A stretch of 29,653 nt of DNA from Candidatus Dojkabacteria bacterium UBA3081 (GTDB lineage: Bacteria; Patescibacteriota; Dojkabacteria; SC72): positions 1 to 29,653 of the forward strand of contig DFBL01000023.1 in NCBI GenBank assembly GCA_002366615.1, written 5' to 3'. A program made the position numbers and the translations under genes. Each line of letters opens with the position of its first letter. The stretch's first letter is position 1. The notes beneath the pieces were generated by a model that worked only from the letters and a program-made list of their open reading frames with translations, was not told where the DNA came from and made no database searches. Positions 1 to 8,417 of the stretch are shown piece by piece.

Positions 1-3000
1 TACTGGGATGGTGCTATTGATGAAGTTCGCGTATACAATACTGCGATAGGCGAAGATGAGATAGAGAGACTATATCAAGTGGGTTTAGTACAACATACAC
101 ATGGGGTTCATAGTTCTAATGAAGATGTCTTACCTGCAAGAGCTGATGTACAGTCGATATCATGGACAAGGGTAGGAGATGATACTGGTGATGGAGAAAC
201 ACCATATAGTACAAACTCCCTTTATGCCCAATGGGATTTCAATGAGACTAGTGGTACTACAGCTGATAATGAGGGGAGTCTTGGAGCTACATGTGATGGG
301 ACGCTAATAAATATGACAACAACAGGCCAAGATGTCGGCTTAGGAACGGGGTGGACTAATGATAAACGGCGTTGGGGTAGTGGAGCCTTGATGTTTGATG
401 GTGGGAATGACTATGTTAGAGTTCCTTCTGATTCAAATTTAAGAAGGATGGGTTCTTTCTCCATAGAAGCATGGGTAAATACTGATTCTATCGGGAATGT
501 CCAACAGATTATTACCTCTTCGGATAATGGGGGAGGTGATGATGGGTGGGGGTTACGTATTCAAGGAAGTGGTAGAGTTTCCTTCAATGGCTCTAATGAT
601 GCTGGATGGTATAACACTGTAATAGAATCAGATACCATTTTGAAAGCTGGAGAGTGGTACCATCTAGTGGCAGTTTATGGTGATATTGATATTTATAGTG
701 AAAATGCTCAGCTTAAGATATATGTAAATGGGGTTCTAGAAAATACGAGAATTGTTAAAGGTGGTGTAAGTTACTCAATTACAGACTATATTAGTATAGG
801 TAGGAGAGGAGGGACTCATCTCCCCGACACACTTTACTTTGATGGAGTTATGGATAGTATACGTTTCTACGGAAGACCATTATCAGATACAGAGATACTT
901 AGCAACTATCAGTCTGGAAACATTGAGATGAGGTATAGGACTAAAACAGGTAGTACATGGGGTTTTTGGAGTGGTACAGAGAACTTGATAGAACCTTTTG
1001 ATGATGATTATTTATACGATACTAGTTTAACAGGTTTTCTCTCATACTGGCCAATGGAAGAGAGTAGTGGAACTGATATAGTGGATATTGGTTTTTCTAA
1101 TGATGGTACTGCAAGTGGGGCATATATTACTGATGGTAAATTTGGTAACGCTAGAACTTTTGATGGTGTGAATGATTATATATCAGTTCCAGATAGCTCC
1201 TCGCTTCGTTTATCTAGTGGTTTAACTTTAGAGATGTGGTATAAAACGACAGAGATACCAGTTGATTGGATAGTTCCTGTAAGAAAAGACACTGAAACTG
1301 GTACACGTTATCTTTATGGGTTTGCTTTTGATGGAAGCTCAGGAGGAAGAATATATGGTCAGTATTATAATGGGACTAATTTTATAGGAACGTATACAGA
1401 TTCTGAAGTATTTGATGGGAATTGGCATCATGCAGTAATGACTATAAGTGGAACGACTCTTAAGTTCTATTTCGATGGTGTATTAAAGGATACTGTGACG
1501 ATAACGGGCACACAGGGAGTTCCAACTGGGGAATTAGATATTGGAGCTCAGCCTCCTTGGACTGAGGGTAGTAGAGGGCATTTCTTCGAAGGTTCTATAG
1601 ATGAGGTTAGAATAAGTAATACCGTTGCAACGGCTTCAGAGATTCATGAGAGATGGACAGAAGGTTCTTCTAATGCTACTACATTGAGATCCAGGGCCTC
1701 TGAGCATTTTCTTGAAGGTGATGGAGGTTTTGAGATTGAATCCTCAGGAACTACTGTAGATGCTAATACCATAGGATATTGGAAGTTAGATGAGATCTCT
1801 TCTGCCTCCTTTTCGGACAGTAGTTCATATAACAATGATTCTACTAGTGTTGTAGGTACAACCTTTGTAGATGGAAAGGTTGAAGGGGCTAGAAGTTTTG
1901 ATGGCACAGATGACATAATAACAGTTGGAACCACAGGACGTCCGACAAATAGTTTTACTGTTGAAGCTTGGTTTACAACGGATCAACCTATCACTATTCT
2001 TACAGAAACAACTTCCGGTGTATATGGTAATACAGGTCAACACTATCTATTCGGAGCAGAACAGATGTCTGATAATGGTGGTATGGGAGTATCCGTGGGG
2101 ACTAATGGGATACAAGTAATTGAGCATGGTGCCAATTATCTACCTGCTTTAGCTGTCTATGAGGGCCCTGTACCAAGTGGTTGGAATCATGTTGCTGTTG
2201 TATATAATAATAAACAGCCATCTATATACTTAAATGGAGTGTTAGTACGCACAGGTTTGACCTCTCTTAAAACTTTGGTTTATGCTACTAAGGAAATTGG
2301 TGGAGGTTCTTTTGGTTTTCATTCAGGAAAAGTAGATGAGGTTCGTATTTCCAATAGAGTAAGGAGTGCTGCTGAAATAGGGCAGGTTTATGCAATGGGG
2401 AGAAATGAGTATGTTACTAGAGAGACATTGCTTAGTAACGATATCTCTTCTGATAGTGTGTTACCCTTCTGGTTTGCCAGTGATCAATTAGGTAACAATA
2501 TGGATTTAATATATGGAGAGAGTGCATATGCTAACTATGAAGCTGATATAAATACTGTAGGACTATGGCATTTAGATGAAAACTATAATGTTCCTAACTC
2601 ATATTACCTAAAAGATAGTAGTGGTTATGGGAATTATGGTGATGCAAATGGCTCTGCGTATGGTTCATCTTCTAGTGGTGCTCCTCAAGGGAAAAGAGGT
2701 TTAGCTAGAGAATTCGACGGCACGGGTGGAACTATAGTGGTTGCAAATGATTCATCATTGGCATTTGAAAGAACAAATAGTTTTAGCGTAGAGGCATGGA
2801 TAAAAACATCTTCTACTGCAACCTTCCAAGAAATACTTGGAAAGATGGATAATGCAGCACCATATAGGGGATATGATTTAAGTATATATAATAATGCGGT
2901 AGATTTTCAGCTTATCAATACGTGGGATACAAACTGTATTTCTTTACAAGGTACTACTCCTATAGAGGATGGAAATTGGCACCATATAGTGGGAACATAT

Positions 3001-3885
3001 GATGGAAGTGGTAGTGCTACAGGTGCTGCAATATATATTGATGGGAAAAAGGAGACATATACGGTTTACAGGGACAACTTAAGTGCTACGATAGTTGCCT
3101 CTACAAATTTTACAATAGGTAGTAGAAATAGTAGTTCGGGAACATTTTTTGACGGTTTAATTGACGAAGTTAGAATTTCTAATGTATCTCGTACAGCAGA
3201 TGAAATTCGTCAGACCTATGAGTTTGAAAGGAGAACCCATCCAATAACAATTGATTTTAAAGCAGATTTACAATCTTCTAATCTAATTACAGGAAGTACA
3301 GATCTATCATTTTCAATTGATGAAAGAGACTATGGAGCTACTAACTATATTCAAAATATTGATGTAGGACAAAAGATAGCAGTTAGGGAGGTTATTGCTG
3401 GTACTGAATATATGGCTCAAGGGGATATAGCAACTGTTAATACCAGTACTGGAGCTGTTACAGTGTCTAGTTGGCTTCACTCTAGTACATTTCCTTCTGG
3501 GGGTTATACAGTAAATGCCTCTGTATTCAAATGGCAAAGAGAGTATGTAGATATCCGGTATCCCTTAAGTGAGGATATTAATGGTATCACTAGATTAACC
3601 TTTAGAAAAGAAACGGATGTACCGGCAAGGTTTTGGGTTGATGATGTCGAGAGGGCTACATATTCATCTGACTATGCAGGCACATCTTTTACAGAAATAG
3701 AGGGAGTGGATGATATACAATACCAATTTATATTTTCTAGCTGGGATGATAATCCTGAATTAGATCTGTATTTATCCCAAGTAACCCTATCATATACAGA
3801 AGTTCCAACAATGGAACAATTAATGAGACATGGTAAATGGTTTAATAGTAGTGGGGTACAACAACCCTTCTGGTGGGCTAAGTAA
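1..3885 (+). CDS. Large LamG-like jellyroll (concanavalin A-like) repeat surface protein, 5'-truncated by the window
   Basis: Frame 1 is open from base 1 (YWDGAIDEVRVYNTAI...), so the track start at 79 is not the true start. Four complete modules run from a W-x-[FML]-[DEN]-E start (AQWDFNE, SYWPMEE, GYWKLDE, GLWHLDE) through W[YHN]H[LAVI] to D-[ES]-[VI]-R-[IF] ends, plus the tail of a fifth module at 1-90. Confidence 0.9.
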   Translation, partial: YWDGAIDEVRVYNTAIGEDEIERLYQVGLVQHTHGVHSSNEDVLPARADVQSISWTRVGDDTGDGETPYSTNSLYAQWDFNETSGTTADNEGSLGATCDGTLINMTTTGQDVGLGTGWTNDKRRWGSGALMFDGGNDYVRVPSDSNLRRMGSFSIEAWVNTDSIGNVQQIITSSDNGGGDDGWGLRIQGSGRVSFNGSNDAGWYNTVIESDTILKAGEWYHLVAVYGDIDIYSENAQLKIYVNGVLENTRIVKGGVSYSITDYISIGRRGGTHLPDTLYFDGVMDSIRFYGRPLSDTEILSNYQSGNIEMRYRTKTGSTWGFWSGTENLIEPFDDDYLYDTSLTGFLSYWPMEESSGTDIVDIGFSNDGTASGAYITDGKFGNARTFDGVNDYISVPDSSSLRLSSGLTLEMWYKTTEIPVDWIVPVRKDTETGTRYLYGFAFDGSSGGRIYGQYYNGTNFIGTYTDSEVFDGNWHHAVMTISGTTLKFYFDGVLKDTVTITGTQGVPTGELDIGAQPPWTEGSRGHFFEGSIDEVRISNTVATASEIHERWTEGSSNATTLRSRASEHFLEGDGGFEIESSGTTVDANTIGYWKLDEISSASFSDSSSYNNDSTSVVGTTFVDGKVEGARSFDGTDDIITVGTTGRPTNSFTVEAWFTTDQPITILTETTSGVYGNTGQHYLFGAEQMSDNGGMGVSVGTNGIQVIEHGANYLPALAVYEGPVPSGWNHVAVVYNNKQPSIYLNGVLVRTGLTSLKTLVYATKEIGGGSFGFHSGKVDEVRISNRVRSAAEIGQVYAMGRNEYVTRETLLSNDISSDSVLPFWFASDQLGNNMDLIYGESAYANYEADINTVGLWHLDENYNVPNSYYLKDSSGYGNYGDANGSAYGSSSSGAPQGKRGLAREFDGTGGTIVVANDSSLAFERTNSFSVEAWIKTSSTATFQEILGKMDNAAPYRGYDLSIYNNAVDFQLINTWDTNCISLQGTTPIEDGNWHHIVGTYDGSGSATGAAIYIDGKKETYTVYRDNLSATIVASTNFTIGSRNSSSGTFFDGLIDEVRISNVSRTADEIRQTYEFERRTHPITIDFKADLQSSNLITGSTDLSFSIDERDYGATNYIQNIDVGQKIAVREVIAGTEYMAQGDIATVNTSTGAVTVSSWLHSSTFPSGGYTVNASVFKWQREYVDIRYPLSEDINGITRLTFRKETDVPARFWVDDVERATYSSDYAGTSFTEIEGVDDIQYQFIFSSWDDNPELDLYLSQVTLSYTEVPTMEQLMRHGKWFNSSGVQQPFWWAK

Positions 3886-3927
3886 AAAGATATAATACTG
3901 TTAATTAATATATATTAACTATTAATA

Positions 3928-4557
3928 ATGTCAGTAATAAAAGATGCAATAGGGGATAACAAGAAGTTTCTTCTTTTGTCTCTAACCCTTATGATTGTTG
4001 TAGTAATGGTCTTTGTAGTTATTAGTTTAGGGATATATAATCCAAGCACTGGGGAGATTGATACTGGAAGTACATCGTACAATGAGCCCAAGGATGTACT
4101 TTTAGACGATGTAAATTATAAAATATTTCTTTCAACAATATATGGGGATATTAAGATAGATTTGTACGAAGATAAAGCTCCTGAAAATGTTAATAGCTTA
4201 GTATTTTTGATAGGGGAGAGGTACTATGAAGGACTTACTTTTCATAAGGTTGTTAAAAACTTTGTTGTACAGGCAGGAGATACAAATGGAGATGGTGAAG
4301 GGAATCCGGGATACACAGTAGAGGAAGAGAATATGGTTGCTTTCTCTGAGTATCAAGTTGGTATGGCTAATGCATCTCAATTCTTTGTTGTTTTGCCTGG
4401 TGCAGATATGAATAAGATTAATGGAAAATATCCAGTAGTTGGGGAAGTTACTGATGGATTTGCGGTACTAGAATCAATGCAAAAGGTTCAGGTAGACGAG
4501 AACTATAAGCCAATCAATGATGTGCTGATTAATAGTATTCAGATTCATGAAGGTTAA
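3928..4557 (+). CDS. Cyclophilin-type peptidyl-prolyl isomerase homolog with N-terminal membrane anchor (degenerate active site)
   Basis: Hydrophobic N-terminal helix, then GDIKIDLYEDKAPENV, YEGLTFHKVVKNFVVQAGD, GNPGY, MANASQFF and GKYPVVGEV, matching the cyclophilin fold. Confidence 0.85.
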   Translation: MSVIKDAIGDNKKFLLLSLTLMIVVVMVFVVISLGIYNPSTGEIDTGSTSYNEPKDVLLDDVNYKIFLSTIYGDIKIDLYEDKAPENVNSLVFLIGERYYEGLTFHKVVKNFVVQAGDTNGDGEGNPGYTVEEENMVAFSEYQVGMANASQFFVVLPGADMNKINGKYPVVGEVTDGFAVLESMQKVQVDENYKPINDVLINSIQIHEG

Positions 4558-4601
4558 TACTACAAGATAGAATTCTTAATATATTTTTCATACCATTGTC
4601 T

Positions 4602-4607
4602 TAAAAT
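4602..4607 (+). promoter_or_regulatory. Putative sigma70 -10 box (TAAAAT) for a leaderless comEA operon transcript
   Basis: TAAAAT lies 7 nt before the GTG at 4615; no Shine-Dalgarno sequence. Confidence 0.5.
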
Positions 4608-4614
4608 AACTTAA

Positions 4615-5325
4615 GTGAAAAACAAGCTTAAGGTAAAAAATATTGCTATCCTTTTTCTTTTTTTTCTGCTTGGATTTCTTTCAAACATTTTCTTTGTCCA
4701 TAGGGAGGATATAGATATATTCGCTTTAATTTCTAATCTAAACAGAGAGGTTGTAATAGAGGAAGTAGAGCAGGAAGATGTAAAAAGTGTTGAAATAGAG
4801 GTGTTAGAAGAGGATGTGGTAGAAGAAGAGATAGATCTATGTCCCATACTTGTTGATATTAGTGGGGCTGTAAAAACTCCTGGTGTGTACTGCTTTGATA
4901 AAGGAGCAAGTGTAATAGATGCTGTTAAAAAGGCAAATGGTTTTACTACTCAAGCAGGGTATAAATATATATCTATGAAGATAAATCTAGCTACTAAGAT
5001 GGTAGATAATGGGAAGATCTATATACCTTTTGAAACAGATTACAACTGTCAATTACTAACTTTTAGCCTACCTAAAGAGATTGTAGATATAACGATACCT
5101 GAAAGTGAAGCAGAGGAAGGAGAAGAGCAAGAGGATGGTAACAATGAGGGTATTAGTATTAATAATGGTACACAGGAGCAATTAGAGACTTTAGATGGAG
5201 TAGGACCCTCTACAGCCTTAAAGATAATCGAGGGAAGGCCATATACTCAACTAGAGGATCTTTTAACTGTAAGTGGTATAGGGGAAGCTACATTTAACAA
5301 ATTTAAAGATTTCATATGTCTTTAA
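4615..5325 (+). CDS. comEA: ComEA DNA-binding/uptake protein (TM anchor, SLBB domain, helix-hairpin-helix)
   Basis: VDISGAVKTPGVY (SLBB), INLATKMVDNGKIYIP, and C-terminal ISINNGTQEQLETLDGVGPSTALKII...VSGIG (HhH); directly upstream of comEC. Confidence 0.9.
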   Translation: MKNKLKVKNIAILFLFFLLGFLSNIFFVHREDIDIFALISNLNREVVIEEVEQEDVKSVEIEVLEEDVVEEEIDLCPILVDISGAVKTPGVYCFDKGASVIDAVKKANGFTTQAGYKYISMKINLATKMVDNGKIYIPFETDYNCQLLTFSLPKEIVDITIPESEAEEGEEQEDGNNEGISINNGTQEQLETLDGVGPSTALKIIEGRPYTQLEDLLTVSGIGEATFNKFKDFICL

Positions 5326-6833
5326 AGACTTTTAAATATCGTATTAAAGCTTTAATGTTGTTTTTCATTGATTACAAGGCTATTTTACTCTGTTTTACAA
5401 TTCTTAGTTTAATAATTCCAACTGGGAATTTGTTAGAAAGGGTACTCTTTGATCAAGAAGCTATCTCCTTTTTGACAATTTTAAGAATTTTTCTTCCTTC
5501 AATTGCTTTGGGAATTGTTGGCACTGTTTCATACAGGCTATTTTTGCATGTACAAGTTTTAGGTACTTTTTTAAAAATCTTTTTAATATCAGCTATCTTT
5601 GTATTCTTTTTTGGATATGCAAAATATCAAAAAATTAGTGAAGAGATAGTAAATGTCCAAAGTTTCACTGGTAAGAATGTGTGGATAACTGGGGTTGTTA
5701 CCTCTCAGGAGGGTGCAAGTAGCTACCTGTTCCATCCAGAAGTTAAGGGGGTGGGCAATTCTTTAGTACGATTTAGGCAACGAACTGATTTACATGTAGG
5801 TCAGAGATGTAAATTTAAAGGAAAAGTTGTGCAACCTAAGAGTTTTGCTCAGTTTGATTACAGAAAGTATCTCTTTAGAAGAAGAATATACTCTATTTTA
5901 GAGATTGAGCAGTATGAATGTAGTGATTGGGGAAATACTGCTTTAGAGGTTAGATATAGGTTAGAAGGAGTAGTAGAGCGTGCCCTAGGAGAGCCTGAGG
6001 CATCTCTGCTGATAGGCATTATGTTTGGTAGTAAGAGAATCTTTACTGATGATTTTAATGAGGCTTTAAATAACTCGGGTGTCTCCCATATTGTTGCTGC
6101 TTCTGGATACAATGTAGCTTTAGTAGCTAATGGTATAGATTTGTTAACAAGAAAGTATAGTGGGAAGTGGGTTGTGATATTAAAGATACTTTGTATATGG
6201 CTCTTTTCTGTTTTCTCAGGTCTCTCATCATCCCTTGTTAGGGCTGCTACTATGACTACTTTGTATCTTTTTGCTCTTCTTTTAGGCAGAGAGGTAAATA
6301 GGGGAGTTTCTTTACTTTTTTGTATTACATTACTAATTCTTTTTAATCCATTTCTTTTACATGATATTGGTTTTCTATTTTCTTCTCTTTCTACAACAGG
6401 ATTAATATTCTTTTCTGGTTGTTTTAAGGAGATTAAAAGTACTGTTCTCAAAGACAGTGTATTACCAACATTAACATGTATTCTTTTTACATTACCGATA
6501 TCTGTAATGTTCTTTGGAAAGGTATCTGCTGTTTCTTTACTTTCAAATATTGTGGTAGTACCCATAGTTAACAGTACGATATTTTGGGGATTGGGGATTA
6601 CTTTGATTAATATCTTCTTTCCTTTAAGGGTATTGTACCTAATTCCATATCTACAACTTAGTATATTTAAATATTTTGTATTAATATCCTCTAATATGGA
6701 AATGGTAGAAGTAGGATTAAACAAGAATCTTTTAGCTGTATGTATATATACAGGCCTTTTTCTTTTTTGTTTACTTAAATATCCTTTATCATTGAACAAT
6801 TGGTATATGAAGGAGGCAAAAAATGGGAAGTAG
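5316..6833 (+). CDS. comEC: ComEC/Rec2 DNA uptake channel, membrane part (OB-like plus Competence domain)
   Basis: FDYRKYL, EASLLIGIMFG, GVSHIVAASGYNV, SSLVRAATM, NPFLLHDIGFLFS, many TM segments; overlaps the comEA end by 10 nt. Confidence 0.9.
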   Translation: MSLKTFKYRIKALMLFFIDYKAILLCFTILSLIIPTGNLLERVLFDQEAISFLTILRIFLPSIALGIVGTVSYRLFLHVQVLGTFLKIFLISAIFVFFFGYAKYQKISEEIVNVQSFTGKNVWITGVVTSQEGASSYLFHPEVKGVGNSLVRFRQRTDLHVGQRCKFKGKVVQPKSFAQFDYRKYLFRRRIYSILEIEQYECSDWGNTALEVRYRLEGVVERALGEPEASLLIGIMFGSKRIFTDDFNEALNNSGVSHIVAASGYNVALVANGIDLLTRKYSGKWVVILKILCIWLFSVFSGLSSSLVRAATMTTLYLFALLLGREVNRGVSLLFCITLLILFNPFLLHDIGFLFSSLSTTGLIFFSGCFKEIKSTVLKDSVLPTLTCILFTLPISVMFFGKVSAVSLLSNIVVVPIVNSTIFWGLGITLINIFFPLRVLYLIPYLQLSIFKYFVLISSNMEMVEVGLNKNLLAVCIYTGLFLFCLLKYPLSLNNWYMKEAKNGK

Positions 6834-7629
6834 GTTAATCAAAAATATATTGTGGTTACTGTTAGGAGTAATATATCTTTTTACTGTTAAACATGAGGAT
6901 AGCGTAGTGTTTTTAGATGTAGGACAGGGAGATTCTATCTTAGTACAAAAAGGAGATATTCAACTTCTAATTGATGGTGGTCCAGATGAGAAAATACTGT
7001 ATGAGCTTAGTAAATATGTACCGATATATGACAGAAAGATAGAGTATATTTTACTAACTCATCCCCATGATGATCACTTGGTAGGTCTTTTAGAGGTGCT
7101 AGAGAGATATGATGTAGGAGAGATTTTGTACTATCCTGTTTGTTATGACAACGAGAACTATAGGTATTTGTTACAAAATTATGATAATTTTAGAGAAATT
7201 GGGCAAGGTGACACTATACGGCTTAAAGATATGGAGATTGAGGTGCTGTGGCCAGTTCTGAACAAAAAAGAGAAGGGTTGTGTACCTCAGTTTAACAACA
7301 ATTTGAATAATGATTCTTTGGTACTTAGTTTTGAATTTTTGGGAAAGAAATTTCTCCTTATGGGAGACATTGAAATGGAAGCAGAGGATGTTATGCTTCG
7401 AGATGGATTAGTTGATGGTGAGTATAATGTGCTCAAGGCTGGTCATCACTGTTCCTCATCCTCCAGTAGTGAAACATTTCTAAAAATGGTTTCTCCTGAG
7501 TTAGCCATATGTTCAGCTGGGGAAGCGAATTCCTTCGGGCATCCAAGTAGTGAAACACTTCAAAATTTCTCTGAGTACAATGTTCAATATTTAGTTACAT
7601 ATGAGAAGGGAAATATACAGATAAAGTAG
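6823..7629 (+). CDS. ComEC-associated metallo-beta-lactamase-fold nuclease (stand-alone C-terminal domain)
   Basis: FLDVGQGDSIL, LIDGG, THPHDDHLVG, NNDSLV, LLMGD, LKAGHH, FGHP; overlaps the comEC end by 11 nt; AGGAGG at 6811-6816. Confidence 0.9.
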   Translation: MGSRLIKNILWLLLGVIYLFTVKHEDSVVFLDVGQGDSILVQKGDIQLLIDGGPDEKILYELSKYVPIYDRKIEYILLTHPHDDHLVGLLEVLERYDVGEILYYPVCYDNENYRYLLQNYDNFREIGQGDTIRLKDMEIEVLWPVLNKKEKGCVPQFNNNLNNDSLVLSFEFLGKKFLLMGDIEMEAEDVMLRDGLVDGEYNVLKAGHHCSSSSSSETFLKMVSPELAICSAGEANSFGHPSSETLQNFSEYNVQYLVTYEKGNIQIK

Positions 7630-7637
7630 AGGATATG

Positions 7638-7646
7638 TGGTAAAAT
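7638..7646 (+). promoter_or_regulatory. Extended -10 promoter (TG-G-TAAAAT) of tRNA-Arg(GCG)
   Basis: TGnTAAAAT ends 13 nt upstream of the tRNA 5' end. Confidence 0.6.
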
Positions 7647-7659
7647 GACTATTAAATAT

Positions 7660-7733
7660 GTACTTGTAGCTCAACTGGATAGAGCATTGGTTTGCGGAAC
7701 CAAAGGTTGGCAGTTCGAATCTGCCCAAGTACA
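7660..7733 (+). tRNA. tRNA-Arg, anticodon GCG (no encoded CCA)
   Basis: Acceptor GTACTTG/CAAGTAC, D-arm GCTC-AACTGGATA-GAGC, anticodon arm TTGGT-TTGCGGA-ACCAA (GCG at 7694-7696), T-arm GGCAG-TTCGAAT-CTGCC. Confidence 0.95.
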
Positions 7734-7757
7734 CTTACTAAATTTAGAATTAGAGAA

Positions 7758-8312
7758 ATGATATATCTTTTTACTGTAGGACTTTCTCTTTCGGGGAAAA
7801 GTTGGTTGGTAGAGAAGATAAAGGAGAGGTTTCCTAAGAGCTTTATAACCATTGAAAGTCGCTCCATACATGATATGCTCAACACAATTGAGCCCTTCCA
7901 AGATGACAATAGTCCAAAGGGTAGCTCATATGAATTAAGACAGGAATTCACAAAAGAGATTAGAGAGCTTCTAATAAAGCTTTTTGCAAAGGAGGGGTTA
8001 AATATTATTCAAGACTCCTGTAATCTGAAAAAGGAAGAAAGGCAGAGGAGAGTATTAGCAGTCAGGGAGATAGTTCCTGATGTAAAAATTTTTCTAATAT
8101 TTGTGGATACTCATAAAAAGGAGATAGAGAGGAGGGCTAATGATTTAGATAAAGAGAAGGGGAATGGAGTATGGAAGGACCTTTTCATAAAGCAAATAGA
8201 GGAATTTGATATACCTACAAAAGAAGAAGCAGACTTCTTTATCCATTACAATGGAAAGGATTGGGAGAGCGTAATAGAGAAAATATCTCAAGTATTAGAA
8301 GATGAGGTATAA
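7758..8312 (+). CDS. P-loop kinase/ATP-binding protein (AAA_33 / polynucleotide-kinase-like), 184 aa
   Basis: Walker A VGLSLSGKS near the N-terminus and IIQDSCNLKKEER. The track start at 7692 lies inside the tRNA, so the start is reassigned to ATG 7758, 7 nt after TAGAAT (7745-7750). Confidence 0.75.
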   Translation: MIYLFTVGLSLSGKSWLVEKIKERFPKSFITIESRSIHDMLNTIEPFQDDNSPKGSSYELRQEFTKEIRELLIKLFAKEGLNIIQDSCNLKKEERQRRVLAVREIVPDVKIFLIFVDTHKKEIERRANDLDKEKGNGVWKDLFIKQIEEFDIPTKEEADFFIHYNGKDWESVIEKISQVLEDEV

Positions 8313-8320
8313 TCGTATAT

Positions 8321-8394
<74 letters not shown>

Positions 8395-8417
8395 TTTTTA
8401 ATATATACTTAAGAAGT

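Noticed and set aside
3905-3918. Perfect palindrome TTAATATATATTAA upstream of the cyclophilin gene
   Set aside because: Pure A/T low-complexity sequence in an AT-rich genome; no second copy seen.
5858-6799. 313-aa antisense ORF inside comEC
   Set aside because: Fully overlaps a well-supported gene, has no recognisable motifs, and its Lys/Ile/Asn-rich content mirrors the T-rich membrane-protein codons.
7692-7757. N-terminal extension of the kinase ORF in the track
   Set aside because: The TTG start lies in the tRNA anticodon loop; ATG 7758 has a well-placed -10 box.
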